From assembly GCA_040879765.1 (NCBI GenBank), contig JBBDJQ010000001.1, positions 348,023-412,022 of the forward strand: DNA of 64,000 nt, in the 5' to 3' direction. Within the stretch, counting starts at the first letter, position 1. Every line of letters starts with the position of its first letter. The DNA comes from Candidatus Pacearchaeota archaeon (GTDB lineage: Archaea; Nanobdellota; Nanobdellia; Pacearchaeales; GW2011-AR1). Positions 1 through 8,632 of this stretch are shown here, piece after piece. The notes beneath the pieces are model-generated. The model was not told the origin of the DNA and made no database searches. It saw nothing but the letters and a program-made list of their open reading frames with translations. A program made the translations under genes and the position numbers.

Positions 1-109
1 AATTGAATTGAAAGTTATAAAATAAAAAATTCGTTTCCCTCCCAAAATACAATCGCTACTTCTCCGATTTTCTTTGAAAATCTCGATTTTTTCTCAAAGA
101 GAAAAAGGA

Positions 110-238
110 TTTAACAGGGGATAAAGAGTTCCGCCTTCACTCTGCCGTTCGGCTCCACCCAAATTCTTCTTCCAGCTCGAGCCTGTGAGGTTCCGCTCCA
201 GTCTCGAGGTCAGAAGAACTTTCCTTATCCCCGATGTT
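110..238 (+). repeat. attC-like structured hairpin element A1
   Basis: 5' TTTAACAGGGGATAAAGAG pairs with 3' CTTTCCTTATCCCCGATGTTAG. Central motif CACCCAAATTCTTCTTCC. Confidence 0.6.
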
Positions 239-265
239 AGTTTCAATTAAATCGGACTTTGAAAT

Positions 266-337
266 CCCCCGACCACCCGCCCCTAAAGAGGAGGATTCGC
301 CGTCGTCCTTCGGACATATAGTCTGCTTCGCAGAAAG
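266..337 (+). repeat. CCCCGACCACCCGCCCC module plus CGTCCTTCGGACATATAGTCT module
   Basis: CCCCCGACCACCCGCCCC recurs at 12284-12303. The second part recurs at 11345-11376. Confidence 0.55.
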
Positions 338-522
338 TAAAAACAGAAAAATACTTCTTTTATCGGACCGAAAAAACACCAACGAAATTTTAAGAAAATT
401 TCGCCTAACAAACGATAAAAGGTTTCACTTCGTTACACCCAAATATTTTTCAGTTTTTTATTGGGGCACTCTCAAAACCGAAAGCAAAACTTTTTATACG
501 AGTTTTCTTTTGTTAATTTATT

Positions 523-975
523 ATGGCTAAAGAAAATTGGATTAAAAAACACCCTGTTTGGTCAGGAGTTATCGGAGTTCTTTTATTGTTTATTTTGATT
601 GGAATGTTTAGTGGTGGAGATAATTCTTCTACAACAAATAAGCAATATACCGATGATACTAAAACAGCTGTTGAAAAAATGACTGCTCTTGAACAAATGG
701 AAATCGCTTTTGTTGGAGGTTACTCATATGATGAAATTAAAAATCGTATTGACTCAGTTATGCAACAATACGGATTATCAATGACTAACGAGAATTATAG
801 TCGGTTCGGAAGTGCTTTAGTTGCTGTTCGTAAAGAAACTGGGGCATCAGAAATGGATATACTCACATGCATGAAATCATTAGATTACAGAAATACGATT
901 GGTTGGGATAAAATAACTGCCGAAAAAGCTGTTCCAGATGCTGTAGGACTTTGTGGAGCCACTCTTAGTTCTTAA
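523..975 (+). CDS. Hypothetical membrane-anchored protein (N-terminal TM helix, soluble C-terminal domain)
   Basis: 150-aa ORF. Hydrophobic segment at residues 13-30. No recognisable catalytic motif. Lies between two attC-like hairpins. Confidence 0.5.
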   Translation: MAKENWIKKHPVWSGVIGVLLLFILIGMFSGGDNSSTTNKQYTDDTKTAVEKMTALEQMEIAFVGGYSYDEIKNRIDSVMQQYGLSMTNENYSRFGSALVAVRKETGASEMDILTCMKSLDYRNTIGWDKITAEKAVPDAVGLCGATLSS

Positions 976-976
976 A

Positions 977-1498
977 ATGGCAATTTTAATTTCCGTTAAA
1001 GTTTACAATCTTCAAACAACAGATTTTCATAATTTAATTTATGAAAAATTTAGAGAACTAATAAATAAAATTAAAGAAAATAAAACCCTTCATTCTTTTC
1101 ATTGGTTAATGGGTTCAGATGAAAGCTACGGAAATCAAATAAATCTTCACCTTAAAATTGAAGAAAATCAATCTCAGGAAATCAAAGATATAATCAACGA
1201 AATATTAAAAGATTATAAAATAAAAACTTCCGAAACCTCTGAAAAAGAAAATGCTGGAGATACAGAAACCTTAGGTCCAAATTGCAAATTTTTATTATCA
1301 GAATTCTTACATTCATGTTGTAAATTAGCTTTAGAAAGAACTAATCCAGAAAATAAAGAATACTTTTCTAAAGATTTAACCATTGAAAAATTTCTTCATT
1401 GTTTTCTAAATTCTCAAGGAATGACTTATCAGGAAGAAATTGTTTTTTGCACTAATTATGCAAATGCAATTCATAAAATGCTCTATGATTCAAAATAA
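977..1498 (+). CDS. Hypothetical protein
   Basis: The ATG at 977 lies 1 nt after the upstream stop, giving a tight pair with the 523-975 ORF. The ORF track starts this ORF at 953. No recognised domain. Confidence 0.45.
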   Translation: MAILISVKVYNLQTTDFHNLIYEKFRELINKIKENKTLHSFHWLMGSDESYGNQINLHLKIEENQSQEIKDIINEILKDYKIKTSETSEKENAGDTETLGPNCKFLLSEFLHSCCKLALERTNPENKEYFSKDLTIEKFLHCFLNSQGMTYQEEIVFCTNYANAIHKMLYDSK

Positions 1499-1515
1499 TA
1501 ACGAGAGGACCCTAT

Positions 1516-1641
1516 CTTCTTTTTGAAAAAAAGAAGCAAAAAGACGGCGAATCCTCTAATACATGAAAACCGATGGTTCCCACCATCCCAAAGTCCGATT
1601 TAACTTTACATTTTTGCCTTCGGCATCGTTGCACTAAAATG
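1516..1641 (+). repeat. Composite intergenic repeat: A/T palindrome (TTCTTTTTGAAAAAAAGAA) + CTCTAATACAT + CCCACCATCCCAAA...GCCTTCGGCATCGTTGCACTAAAA module
   Basis: The same three-part module recurs at 15216-15360. The palindrome part recurs at 1826-1863, 11261-11331 and 34397-34450. Confidence 0.6.
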
Positions 1642-1663
1642 TAATCCCTGCAAGTATTCGGGA

Positions 1664-1793
1664 GAAACTAACAGCAGATTAAGCGGTTCCAAAACCTTGC
1701 AGGTTTTTCCACCCATATTTTTGCTTCGCAAAAACACTCGGGGTCGTTTCACTCCGCCCGAGCCCTACGGGTCGCTTAATCGCGATGTTATAC
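1664..1793 (+). repeat. attC-like structured hairpin element A2
   Basis: 5' AACAGCAGATTAAGCGG pairs with 3' CGCTTAATCGCGATGTTAT. Internal CCTTGCAGG and CCACCCATATTTTTGCTTCG. Confidence 0.6.
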
Positions 1794-1982
1794 GCAATTA
1801 AATTTTCACTCTTTCTAAATATCATTCTTCTTTTAGAAAAAGAAGCAAAAGAGGGGGAGTCCAGGTGCTACGCACATTTACACTCACAACTTCGTTGTTC
1901 GAAATTTATTAGAGGGGGCTTTTAGTCCTTCGGACATTTTCACTCCCTTCGGTCGATATTTTTATAGGTGGGGCGAGAATGT

Positions 1983-2795
1983 TTAATGTTCCCAAGGAAA
2001 GAATCCAAGAACAGAATTATTTAATTCGTCTCTAAGTTGAGGCCATTGAGGTAAATGAGAATCCATCAAATTGAAAAATTTATCTGTATGATTTTTTTCT
2101 TTAAAATGAATCATTTCATGTAATAAAACATATTCTAAGCATCTAAGTGGATTTTTTGCAAGTTCCAAATTCAACCATATTCTTTTATCTTCAGCGTTAC
2201 AAGTTCCCCATTTTGTTTTCATCTTTTTAATAATAACTTCATTAACTTTAACTCCTGAATTCTTTTCCCATCTTTCTATAAGTTCAGGAATCTGTTTTTT
2301 AAGTTCTGCTCGATAAAAACTTTCAAGCATTTTCTCTTTTTGTTCTCTTGACATATTAGGCTTAACATACAAATCAATATGAGTTTTCTTTTTTATTTCA
2401 ACTCTAGGCTTATTTTCTGTATCAATTACATTCAATCTATACCTATTGCCTAAAAAATAATGACTTTCTCCAGAAATAAATTCTCTTTTAGTTTGTCTTT
2501 TTTGTCTCTCAAATTTCGCTTTTTGTTTTTTAATCCATGGAATTTTAGAAATTATGAATAATCTAATAGATTCATCATTCATCTTTTTTGGAGCTGCGAC
2601 CCTTATTCTACCTTGAGGAGGATAAACTCCCAAGTGCATATTTTTGATATTCTTCTTTACAGTTTGCACTTGTAAACCGCAAATCTGCATATTATCAAGA
2701 CTGGTACTCACTTTGAGCCTCCGCAATTTTGAAGACTTTCTCAACATTTTCGTCATCATCAATATCATATTTTGAAAGAGCTTTCTTAATCCCAA
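1983..2795 (-). CDS. M48/DUF45 (YgjP/WLM-like) zinc metallohydrolase
   Basis: HEMIH (HExxH) motif and the 'WI.KQ' N-terminal region typical of DUF45. An alternative ATG at 2690 would give a 4-nt overlap with the hsdR stop. This family is often found adjacent to hsdR. Confidence 0.75.
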   Translation of the reverse strand: MGLRKLFQNMILMMTKMLRKSSKLRRLKVSTSLDNMQICGLQVQTVKKNIKNMHLGVYPPQGRIRVAAPKKMNDESIRLFIISKIPWIKKQKAKFERQKRQTKREFISGESHYFLGNRYRLNVIDTENKPRVEIKKKTHIDLYVKPNMSREQKEKMLESFYRAELKKQIPELIERWEKNSGVKVNEVIIKKMKTKWGTCNAEDKRIWLNLELAKNPLRCLEYVLLHEMIHFKEKNHTDKFFNLMDSHLPQWPQLRDELNNSVLGFFPWEH

Positions 2796-5772
2796 TTCGG
2801 ATTTTTTTCTCTTTCATTTTATTGCCTTTCCAACTATCTTGTTTTGATTTTAAAATATTTTTATGGATAGAAACCGCAATATTTTCATCATTATCTAAAT
2901 TATCATATAAAGAACGCATTGCATTTGTTTCAATTGAGTCGGGATATTTTGTTTTCCCTGTATCTCTTACTCTCTTTATAAGTTCAGCAATTTTCTTTAA
3001 ATAATTAGCATAATCAATCGCTTTCTTTTTTCTATCAATTATTAATTCATCTAATAAGAAAGACATCCTTTCATAATATTTTGGATTAGTTGGTTTTTCT
3101 TCAATAATCAATCTACGAACATTATTTTCAATTGCTTCTGCTACTGCTTGTTTATTCTTTTTAATATTATCAGGCAAATCATTAACTGCATCTATTCCTT
3201 TTCTAATTATTAAATCAACAAGAGTCATATCTTCAAATGCTGAGATTGTTTTGCTTTCTTCAGCATCAATATATGAATCAATTAAATGCCTCATTGCTGG
3301 CTCATAAGCTTTCAAGTCAATATAATCTCCGCTAGCAAGCTTTACTTCTAGTCTTACCCCTTCATAATATTTTACTTCTTTTTTTATTTTTTCAATTTCT
3401 TGTTTAGTATATCCTGCCTTTGCCATTTCGTTTGCAAGATTTGAAAATGATCTTACTAACTTTGAAGTAAGTTTGTATAATGCAATTCTCTTTTGTTCGT
3501 TATTTTTCAAATCATCAGGATTTTCTGTATCCCCACAGAAGAATTCTATAAAAGCAAGTGTATCTTTTGGAGGTTTAACTGGTTCGCACAATACTTTGAT
3601 TGCCTCTCTTGAATCTTCAAGTTTTTCTTTTGATTTTTCAAGTCTGTCTTTAAGTAAACCTGCAACATCATCTTTATCAAATCCTTCAAATGCTTCAGAA
3701 GTATAATCAGTTACTGCCTTGTTTAAACTCTTGAATAAATCTTTATAATCAATTATATATCCATAATCTTTATCTTCAGAATCAAGCCTGTTTACTCTAC
3801 AAATTGCTTGAAATAATCCATGATCTTGCATACTTTTATCAATATAAAGATATGTTGCTGGTGGAGCATCAAAACCAGTCAATAGTTTATCAACCACAAT
3901 AAGAAGTTTCATCTGGTGTGGTTCTTTAATGAATTTATCTTTTATGATTCTTTCAAAAGTTTCTGCATCCTTAATATCTGAATAAATAGTTTTATAGAAT
4001 TTTATCATGTCTTGATATATTTGATATTTCTGAATGTTTTCTGTATCTTCATCCATATCAACAGTTTCTCCTTTAACAGAACTGATATCTCCCCCGTATG
4101 ATGAGATAATTGCACATTTTTTTAATCCATTTTTTTGAAATAATTCATAATATTTGCAAGCTTGATAAATGCTTCCTGCGACAAGAATTGCGTTTCCTCT
4201 TCCGCTGATTAATCTGTCTTTTGTTTCCATATCAAGCATAATATCTGCAACAATTCTGTTTAATCTCGCTTGAGAACTCAAAACTTTTCTCATTGTTCCC
4301 CATTTCTTTTTTAGCTCAACTTTAGCAAAATCATTTAATCCTCTAGTTTTTGCTTCAAACCATTGATCAATCTTATTTTGAGAATTTATTTTTTGGTCAA
4401 TTTCTCTTGCTTCGTATTGCAAATCAAGAACAACTTCATCTTCAACTGCTTCATCATATTTGTAAGTATGAATATATCTTCCAAATGTTTCTATACTTCT
4501 TTTTTTCTCGCTTTTTAGAAGTGGTGTTCCTGTAAAACCAATAAAGGTTGCATCAGGCAATATTTCAGTCATTGCTTCGTGCAATTTCCCAGATTGTGTT
4601 CTATGACATTCATCTACAAAAACATAAATATCTCCTTTTGCTTTAAAGTTTTGAGGGAGACTTATCTTAATCTCTTCAAGATATTTTTCAAAATCTGTTT
4701 CTGTGCTTCTACCAAATTTATGAACTAAAGAACACATAAGCCATGGTAATGTATTGTTTAATTTATTGATTAAGTCTCTCCCACTTTTAGTTCTATAAAT
4801 TTCTTCATTTACTCCCATAAAGAATTTTTCAATCTGACCGTCTAATTCTTCCCTGTCTGTTATGATTAGAACCCTTGAGTTTGTGATGTTTTCTCTTATC
4901 CATTTAGCAAGCCAAATCATGGTTAAGCTTTTTCCAGAGCCTTGGGTATGCCAAATTATTCCGCCTTCTTTTTTCTTGAGGTGTTTTTGTGCTGCTTTTA
5001 CTCCAAAATATTGATTATGTCTGCAAATCTTTTTGATTCCTGCATCAAAGACTATAAAATTGTGGATTAGTTCAAGAATTCTTTCTTTTTCGCAAATGGA
5101 GAGGAGATATTTATCTAATTTATTCTTTATGTTTTTGTTTTCTTTCCAGTTCAGATAATATTTTTCAGGAGTGAGAATTGTTGCATATCTTAATCCTTCT
5201 GTATCATTTCCAGCCATAACTAATTGGATTGTGCTAAAGAAATTTTGAATAAATGTGTTTTTTTGATTGTCCAAGTTTTGTCTTATACCTTCTGTAATTG
5301 AAACAGTGCTTCGTTTTAATTCTAAAACTCCAACAGCAATTCCGTTGATGTAGATGACAACATCAGGTCTCTTATTATGTTCTCCTTTGATTGTGACTTC
5401 TTCAGCTATTGCAAAATGGTTTTTCTTTATATTTGTCCAATCAATTAAATGAACAGTCTTTTTATTTTCTCCAACATTTTCTCTGACCTGGATTCCATAT
5501 CTAAGCATTTCATAGACTTCTTTATTGAGATCATAAAGCCCTTTGTTCTGTGCTTTTGCCGCCTTATTTAATTCATATAATGCTTTTTTGATTAAGTTTT
5601 CAGAATATTTCTGTTTTTTGAGGAATTTGATTAAAAGTTCTTCTTCAATATTTGAGTTTGTTCTTTCTTCCCAGTTTCCTAAATAATCATAATCCAGCTT
5701 ATCTTTATCAGTAAATAGCTTTATGACTCTGTCTTGAGTCTTTCTTTCAATTTGTGCGACATTCATTTCCAT
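2695..5772 (-). CDS. hsdR: Type I restriction enzyme R subunit (HsdR)
   Basis: 1025 aa. N-terminal PD-(D/E)xK nuclease region (DVVIYINGIAVGVLELK). Helicase motif I HTQGSGKSLTM, motif II VDECHR, and a TGTP motif. 10-nt overlap with the hsdS 3' end. Confidence 0.9.
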   Translation of the reverse strand: MEMNVAQIERKTQDRVIKLFTDKDKLDYDYLGNWEERTNSNIEEELLIKFLKKQKYSENLIKKALYELNKAAKAQNKGLYDLNKEVYEMLRYGIQVRENVGENKKTVHLIDWTNIKKNHFAIAEEVTIKGEHNKRPDVVIYINGIAVGVLELKRSTVSITEGIRQNLDNQKNTFIQNFFSTIQLVMAGNDTEGLRYATILTPEKYYLNWKENKNIKNKLDKYLLSICEKERILELIHNFIVFDAGIKKICRHNQYFGVKAAQKHLKKKEGGIIWHTQGSGKSLTMIWLAKWIRENITNSRVLIITDREELDGQIEKFFMGVNEEIYRTKSGRDLINKLNNTLPWLMCSLVHKFGRSTETDFEKYLEEIKISLPQNFKAKGDIYVFVDECHRTQSGKLHEAMTEILPDATFIGFTGTPLLKSEKKRSIETFGRYIHTYKYDEAVEDEVVLDLQYEAREIDQKINSQNKIDQWFEAKTRGLNDFAKVELKKKWGTMRKVLSSQARLNRIVADIMLDMETKDRLISGRGNAILVAGSIYQACKYYELFQKNGLKKCAIISSYGGDISSVKGETVDMDEDTENIQKYQIYQDMIKFYKTIYSDIKDAETFERIIKDKFIKEPHQMKLLIVVDKLLTGFDAPPATYLYIDKSMQDHGLFQAICRVNRLDSEDKDYGYIIDYKDLFKSLNKAVTDYTSEAFEGFDKDDVAGLLKDRLEKSKEKLEDSREAIKVLCEPVKPPKDTLAFIEFFCGDTENPDDLKNNEQKRIALYKLTSKLVRSFSNLANEMAKAGYTKQEIEKIKKEVKYYEGVRLEVKLASGDYIDLKAYEPAMRHLIDSYIDAEESKTISAFEDMTLVDLIIRKGIDAVNDLPDNIKKNKQAVAEAIENNVRRLIIEEKPTNPKYYERMSFLLDELIIDRKKKAIDYANYLKKIAELIKRVRDTGKTKYPDSIETNAMRSLYDNLDNDENIAVSIHKNILKSKQDSWKGNKMKEKKIRIGIKKALSKYDIDDDENVEKVFKIAEAQSEYQS

Positions 5773-6983
5773 TTTAATCTTATCCTGCCTGTTAATAATT
5801 GTTGCATCATACCTTCTTTAATCATTTGGTATTTATTACGCTTTTGTTCTAATTGTTCGATTTCAGAGTCCATATCTGAGAGGATTGAAGCGATTGCGGA
5901 TTGTTCCTTTTGATCATTTGGGATTTTTAACTCAAATTCTTGAAATGTGGGTAACCTCAAAGAATCAACTGTTGCTTTAACAGAGTTTTTTGTTGCCTGT
6001 TTATGAAAATCATAAAGCATATAGTAATAAATGAATTTCCCAGAAATTTCTCTGCCAAAATTACTTATTTTATACACTCTTTGATGATAGTCGAATTTTC
6101 CATTAATATAATGGAATATGCTACCAACTCCACCTTCTCCAGGCACAAGTATTGCTTCACCATCAAATGAATAAGAATTTATTCTCTCGACATTTTGTGA
6201 CCTTACAAAGAAAGGATATGAAGCTTCTTCAATTTTATCTTCATTATTTTTCTTGCCAGTTTTAATGTCAGTAAAATCTCCCAACTTCTTCTCTTCCCAT
6301 TCTCCACTAAACCCTGGCAGTCTTTTCTTTCCTGTCAAGAGTTCCTGCATTGCTCCTTTTTTGATGTCTTTCTTTTTTGAGATGAGTTTGTTGAGGTGTT
6401 GGATTAATTCATCAGTTTGTGAGAGGGCGGTTGCGATTGCTGATTGTTCTTGTTTTGACTTTGGGAGGGCAACTTTTGTTTTTCTGAATACATCCATCCC
6501 TACAAGATTTTTCATAGCTCCTCCTTGAGTGCTATCAATTATTTTATCCTGAAATTTTTCCCAATCAAAATATTGAAAGAAATAATCTTTATCAATAATG
6601 GACGAGTTTAACCTAATAATCAAAAGAGCTTGATTAATTATTCCTTGTGGGGCATTTTTAGGTATTAAATATATTCTTCCAATCGTGCCTGAACAACTCA
6701 CTATAAAATCTCCAGATTTGACTTCAAATCTTTTTAATTCCATAAATTTATTTTGATCAATATAATAGTCTCCAAGTTCTATGTCTCTGTAAATTGCATT
6801 TTTTTGTTCATAAACTTTTAGACCTCTTTTTACAAAAAACTCTTTTTTAAGTGAACCACCAAAAGGTCCTCTAATTAATCCATCAGATTCTGTTAGTTCT
6901 GAAAGAGTACCATCTTCCCAATCTTCAGGTATAACTCCTATTTCAGTTTGCTTGTATCCTTGTGGAATTGTTTCAGTCGTCAT
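5763..6983 (-). CDS. hsdS: Type I R-M specificity subunit (HsdS)
   Basis: 406 aa with two target-recognition domains. The conserved repeats AMQELLTGKKRL and MMQQLLTGRIRL are typical of HsdS. Confidence 0.85.
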   Translation of the reverse strand: MTTETIPQGYKQTEIGVIPEDWEDGTLSELTESDGLIRGPFGGSLKKEFFVKRGLKVYEQKNAIYRDIELGDYYIDQNKFMELKRFEVKSGDFIVSCSGTIGRIYLIPKNAPQGIINQALLIIRLNSSIIDKDYFFQYFDWEKFQDKIIDSTQGGAMKNLVGMDVFRKTKVALPKSKQEQSAIATALSQTDELIQHLNKLISKKKDIKKGAMQELLTGKKRLPGFSGEWEEKKLGDFTDIKTGKKNNEDKIEEASYPFFVRSQNVERINSYSFDGEAILVPGEGGVGSIFHYINGKFDYHQRVYKISNFGREISGKFIYYYMLYDFHKQATKNSVKATVDSLRLPTFQEFELKIPNDQKEQSAIASILSDMDSEIEQLEQKRNKYQMIKEGMMQQLLTGRIRLKWK

Positions 6984-6984
6984 A

Positions 6985-8631
6985 TTAGTCTACCTTCGTT
7001 AAAAAGACAAATAACAAATTGCCTTCTTTGTATTTAATTGGATGGATATTAACTAATATTTTATCTTGTTTTAACTCGTTATTAGCAGTTGTTTCAATTG
7101 TTACTGCCATATCACTTTTAAAATTGTAAACTGGATTTATAGTCTGGTCATCTTCAATCCCGTAAATAATACAATGTCTTGTTAACTTATCGACATCAAT
7201 ATATTTCTTAATAGTAGGAACTAAAGTATTCTTAGCAAATTCTGTGGGTTTAGGATTGTAAGCACTCGCTGATTTAAATTCTAAAATATCCTCATTAGTA
7301 GTCAATCCATCTGTTTTTTGAAATTCATATTCAATATCTGGCAGAAACGAATCTAATAGATATTCAAAAATATAATTAAAATGTTTGGATTTTATACAAG
7401 ATTGCATTAGATGGCAAAAAGAAACTTTTAGACTTAGTTTTAATTTTGCACTTTGAGCATCTTGGATTTTATTGATGAAATTAGATGTTAATTCCTCGAA
7501 GTTATGACATAAATTCAGATTATTATATATAATTAAATTTCCTATTCTAAAACTCTCCTTGCTTGCATCTTCTCCTGCATGATATACTTCGTATCTTGTA
7601 TTATTGAATATTGCATCGTTGATTTTTATTAATAAAGTCTGCTTTGGTTTTATGACTGGAGAATATTTAGTTGAAAATAAGATGTTATACCTTGGATGTG
7701 TTTTCCTTATTATTACCTCTTCTTCGTTTCCTTTAAATTCAGAAACAGAGTTTTCATCTTCAACATAACGATACTTATCATCTTTCATAAATTTACTTAA
7801 TCCTTCGGTGCTTGGAATCAATAAGTTAAATCTCTTCTTGTACTCATCTAGTTTTTCTGTTTCAGTTACAAAAAAATCATAAAATTTAGGATAATCTAAG
7901 GCTTTTCCATAAACGAATACTTTTGAGATTGTCCCTTCCTCTTTTCCTAAAATAATTTTTCCAGAGTGACTTATTTTACGCTCATCAATCATGCTTTTAA
8001 GTTGATCATTATCCAAGTTAATCTGCACAGGAATACTAATTGCATCTAATTCTATGTTTAAACAAATATTGCCTAAAGATTCCCAACCAATGTCTTCAAT
8101 CTCAATGCCCCAGAATTTAGCATGACCTTTGCTGAATTTTCTGCTTTGCTCATAAGCCAATAATTTTAAAATACCCTCTTCCTTTTTGATTATATCTGCT
8201 CGCACTATATTTTTTGAATGTAGTATTGTTTGTACAGATACAACTTTATCTTCAACCTCTGCCAGAGAAGGTCCTTTTTTACAATGAACAATAACAAACA
8301 CATCATTTAATTGTAAAACTGCAAGAATGAACTTTTCTTTCTCCCTTGATCTTGAATTTAAGACAGCCCTATATTCATTTATTATATCTTCAACTTCTGA
8401 TTCTTTCTTATCTGGATAGCTTGAAAAAACTAGGTTTAACCATTTCTTAACAGATGGATTTTCGGGAGATAAATCTTGTAGATTTCGTTTTTTCCCAATT
8501 ATTTTATCCTCCAGACTTCTGATTAATTCTCTAATACTTTTATCTTCTTCCACTTCATTAGAAAGTAAAATATCCTCTGCTTCTTTCTCTGGTTGATTTG
8601 CAAGTTTTTCCCAAAAGTATATCTTTGCCAT
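6985..8631 (-). CDS. Uncharacterised 548-aa protein embedded in the type I R-M operon (no P-loop, no recognised nuclease motif)
   Basis: The ATG at 8631 lies 1 nt after the hsdM stop. Its own stop lies 1 nt before the hsdS ATG. I recognise no signature domain. The ORF track extends the ORF to a TTG at 8643. Confidence 0.6.
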   Translation of the reverse strand: MAKIYFWEKLANQPEKEAEDILLSNEVEEDKSIRELIRSLEDKIIGKKRNLQDLSPENPSVKKWLNLVFSSYPDKKESEVEDIINEYRAVLNSRSREKEKFILAVLQLNDVFVIVHCKKGPSLAEVEDKVVSVQTILHSKNIVRADIIKKEEGILKLLAYEQSRKFSKGHAKFWGIEIEDIGWESLGNICLNIELDAISIPVQINLDNDQLKSMIDERKISHSGKIILGKEEGTISKVFVYGKALDYPKFYDFFVTETEKLDEYKKRFNLLIPSTEGLSKFMKDDKYRYVEDENSVSEFKGNEEEVIIRKTHPRYNILFSTKYSPVIKPKQTLLIKINDAIFNNTRYEVYHAGEDASKESFRIGNLIIYNNLNLCHNFEELTSNFINKIQDAQSAKLKLSLKVSFCHLMQSCIKSKHFNYIFEYLLDSFLPDIEYEFQKTDGLTTNEDILEFKSASAYNPKPTEFAKNTLVPTIKKYIDVDKLTRHCIIYGIEDDQTINPVYNFKSDMAVTIETTANNELKQDKILVNIHPIKYKEGNLLFVFLTKVD

Positions 8632-8632
8632 C

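Noticed and set aside
137-530. ORFs 137-382(-) and 234-530(+)
   Set aside because: They overlap the GC-rich repeat and hairpin modules (attC-like A1, CCCCGACCACCCGCCCC). The translations are low-complexity and no start context is present.
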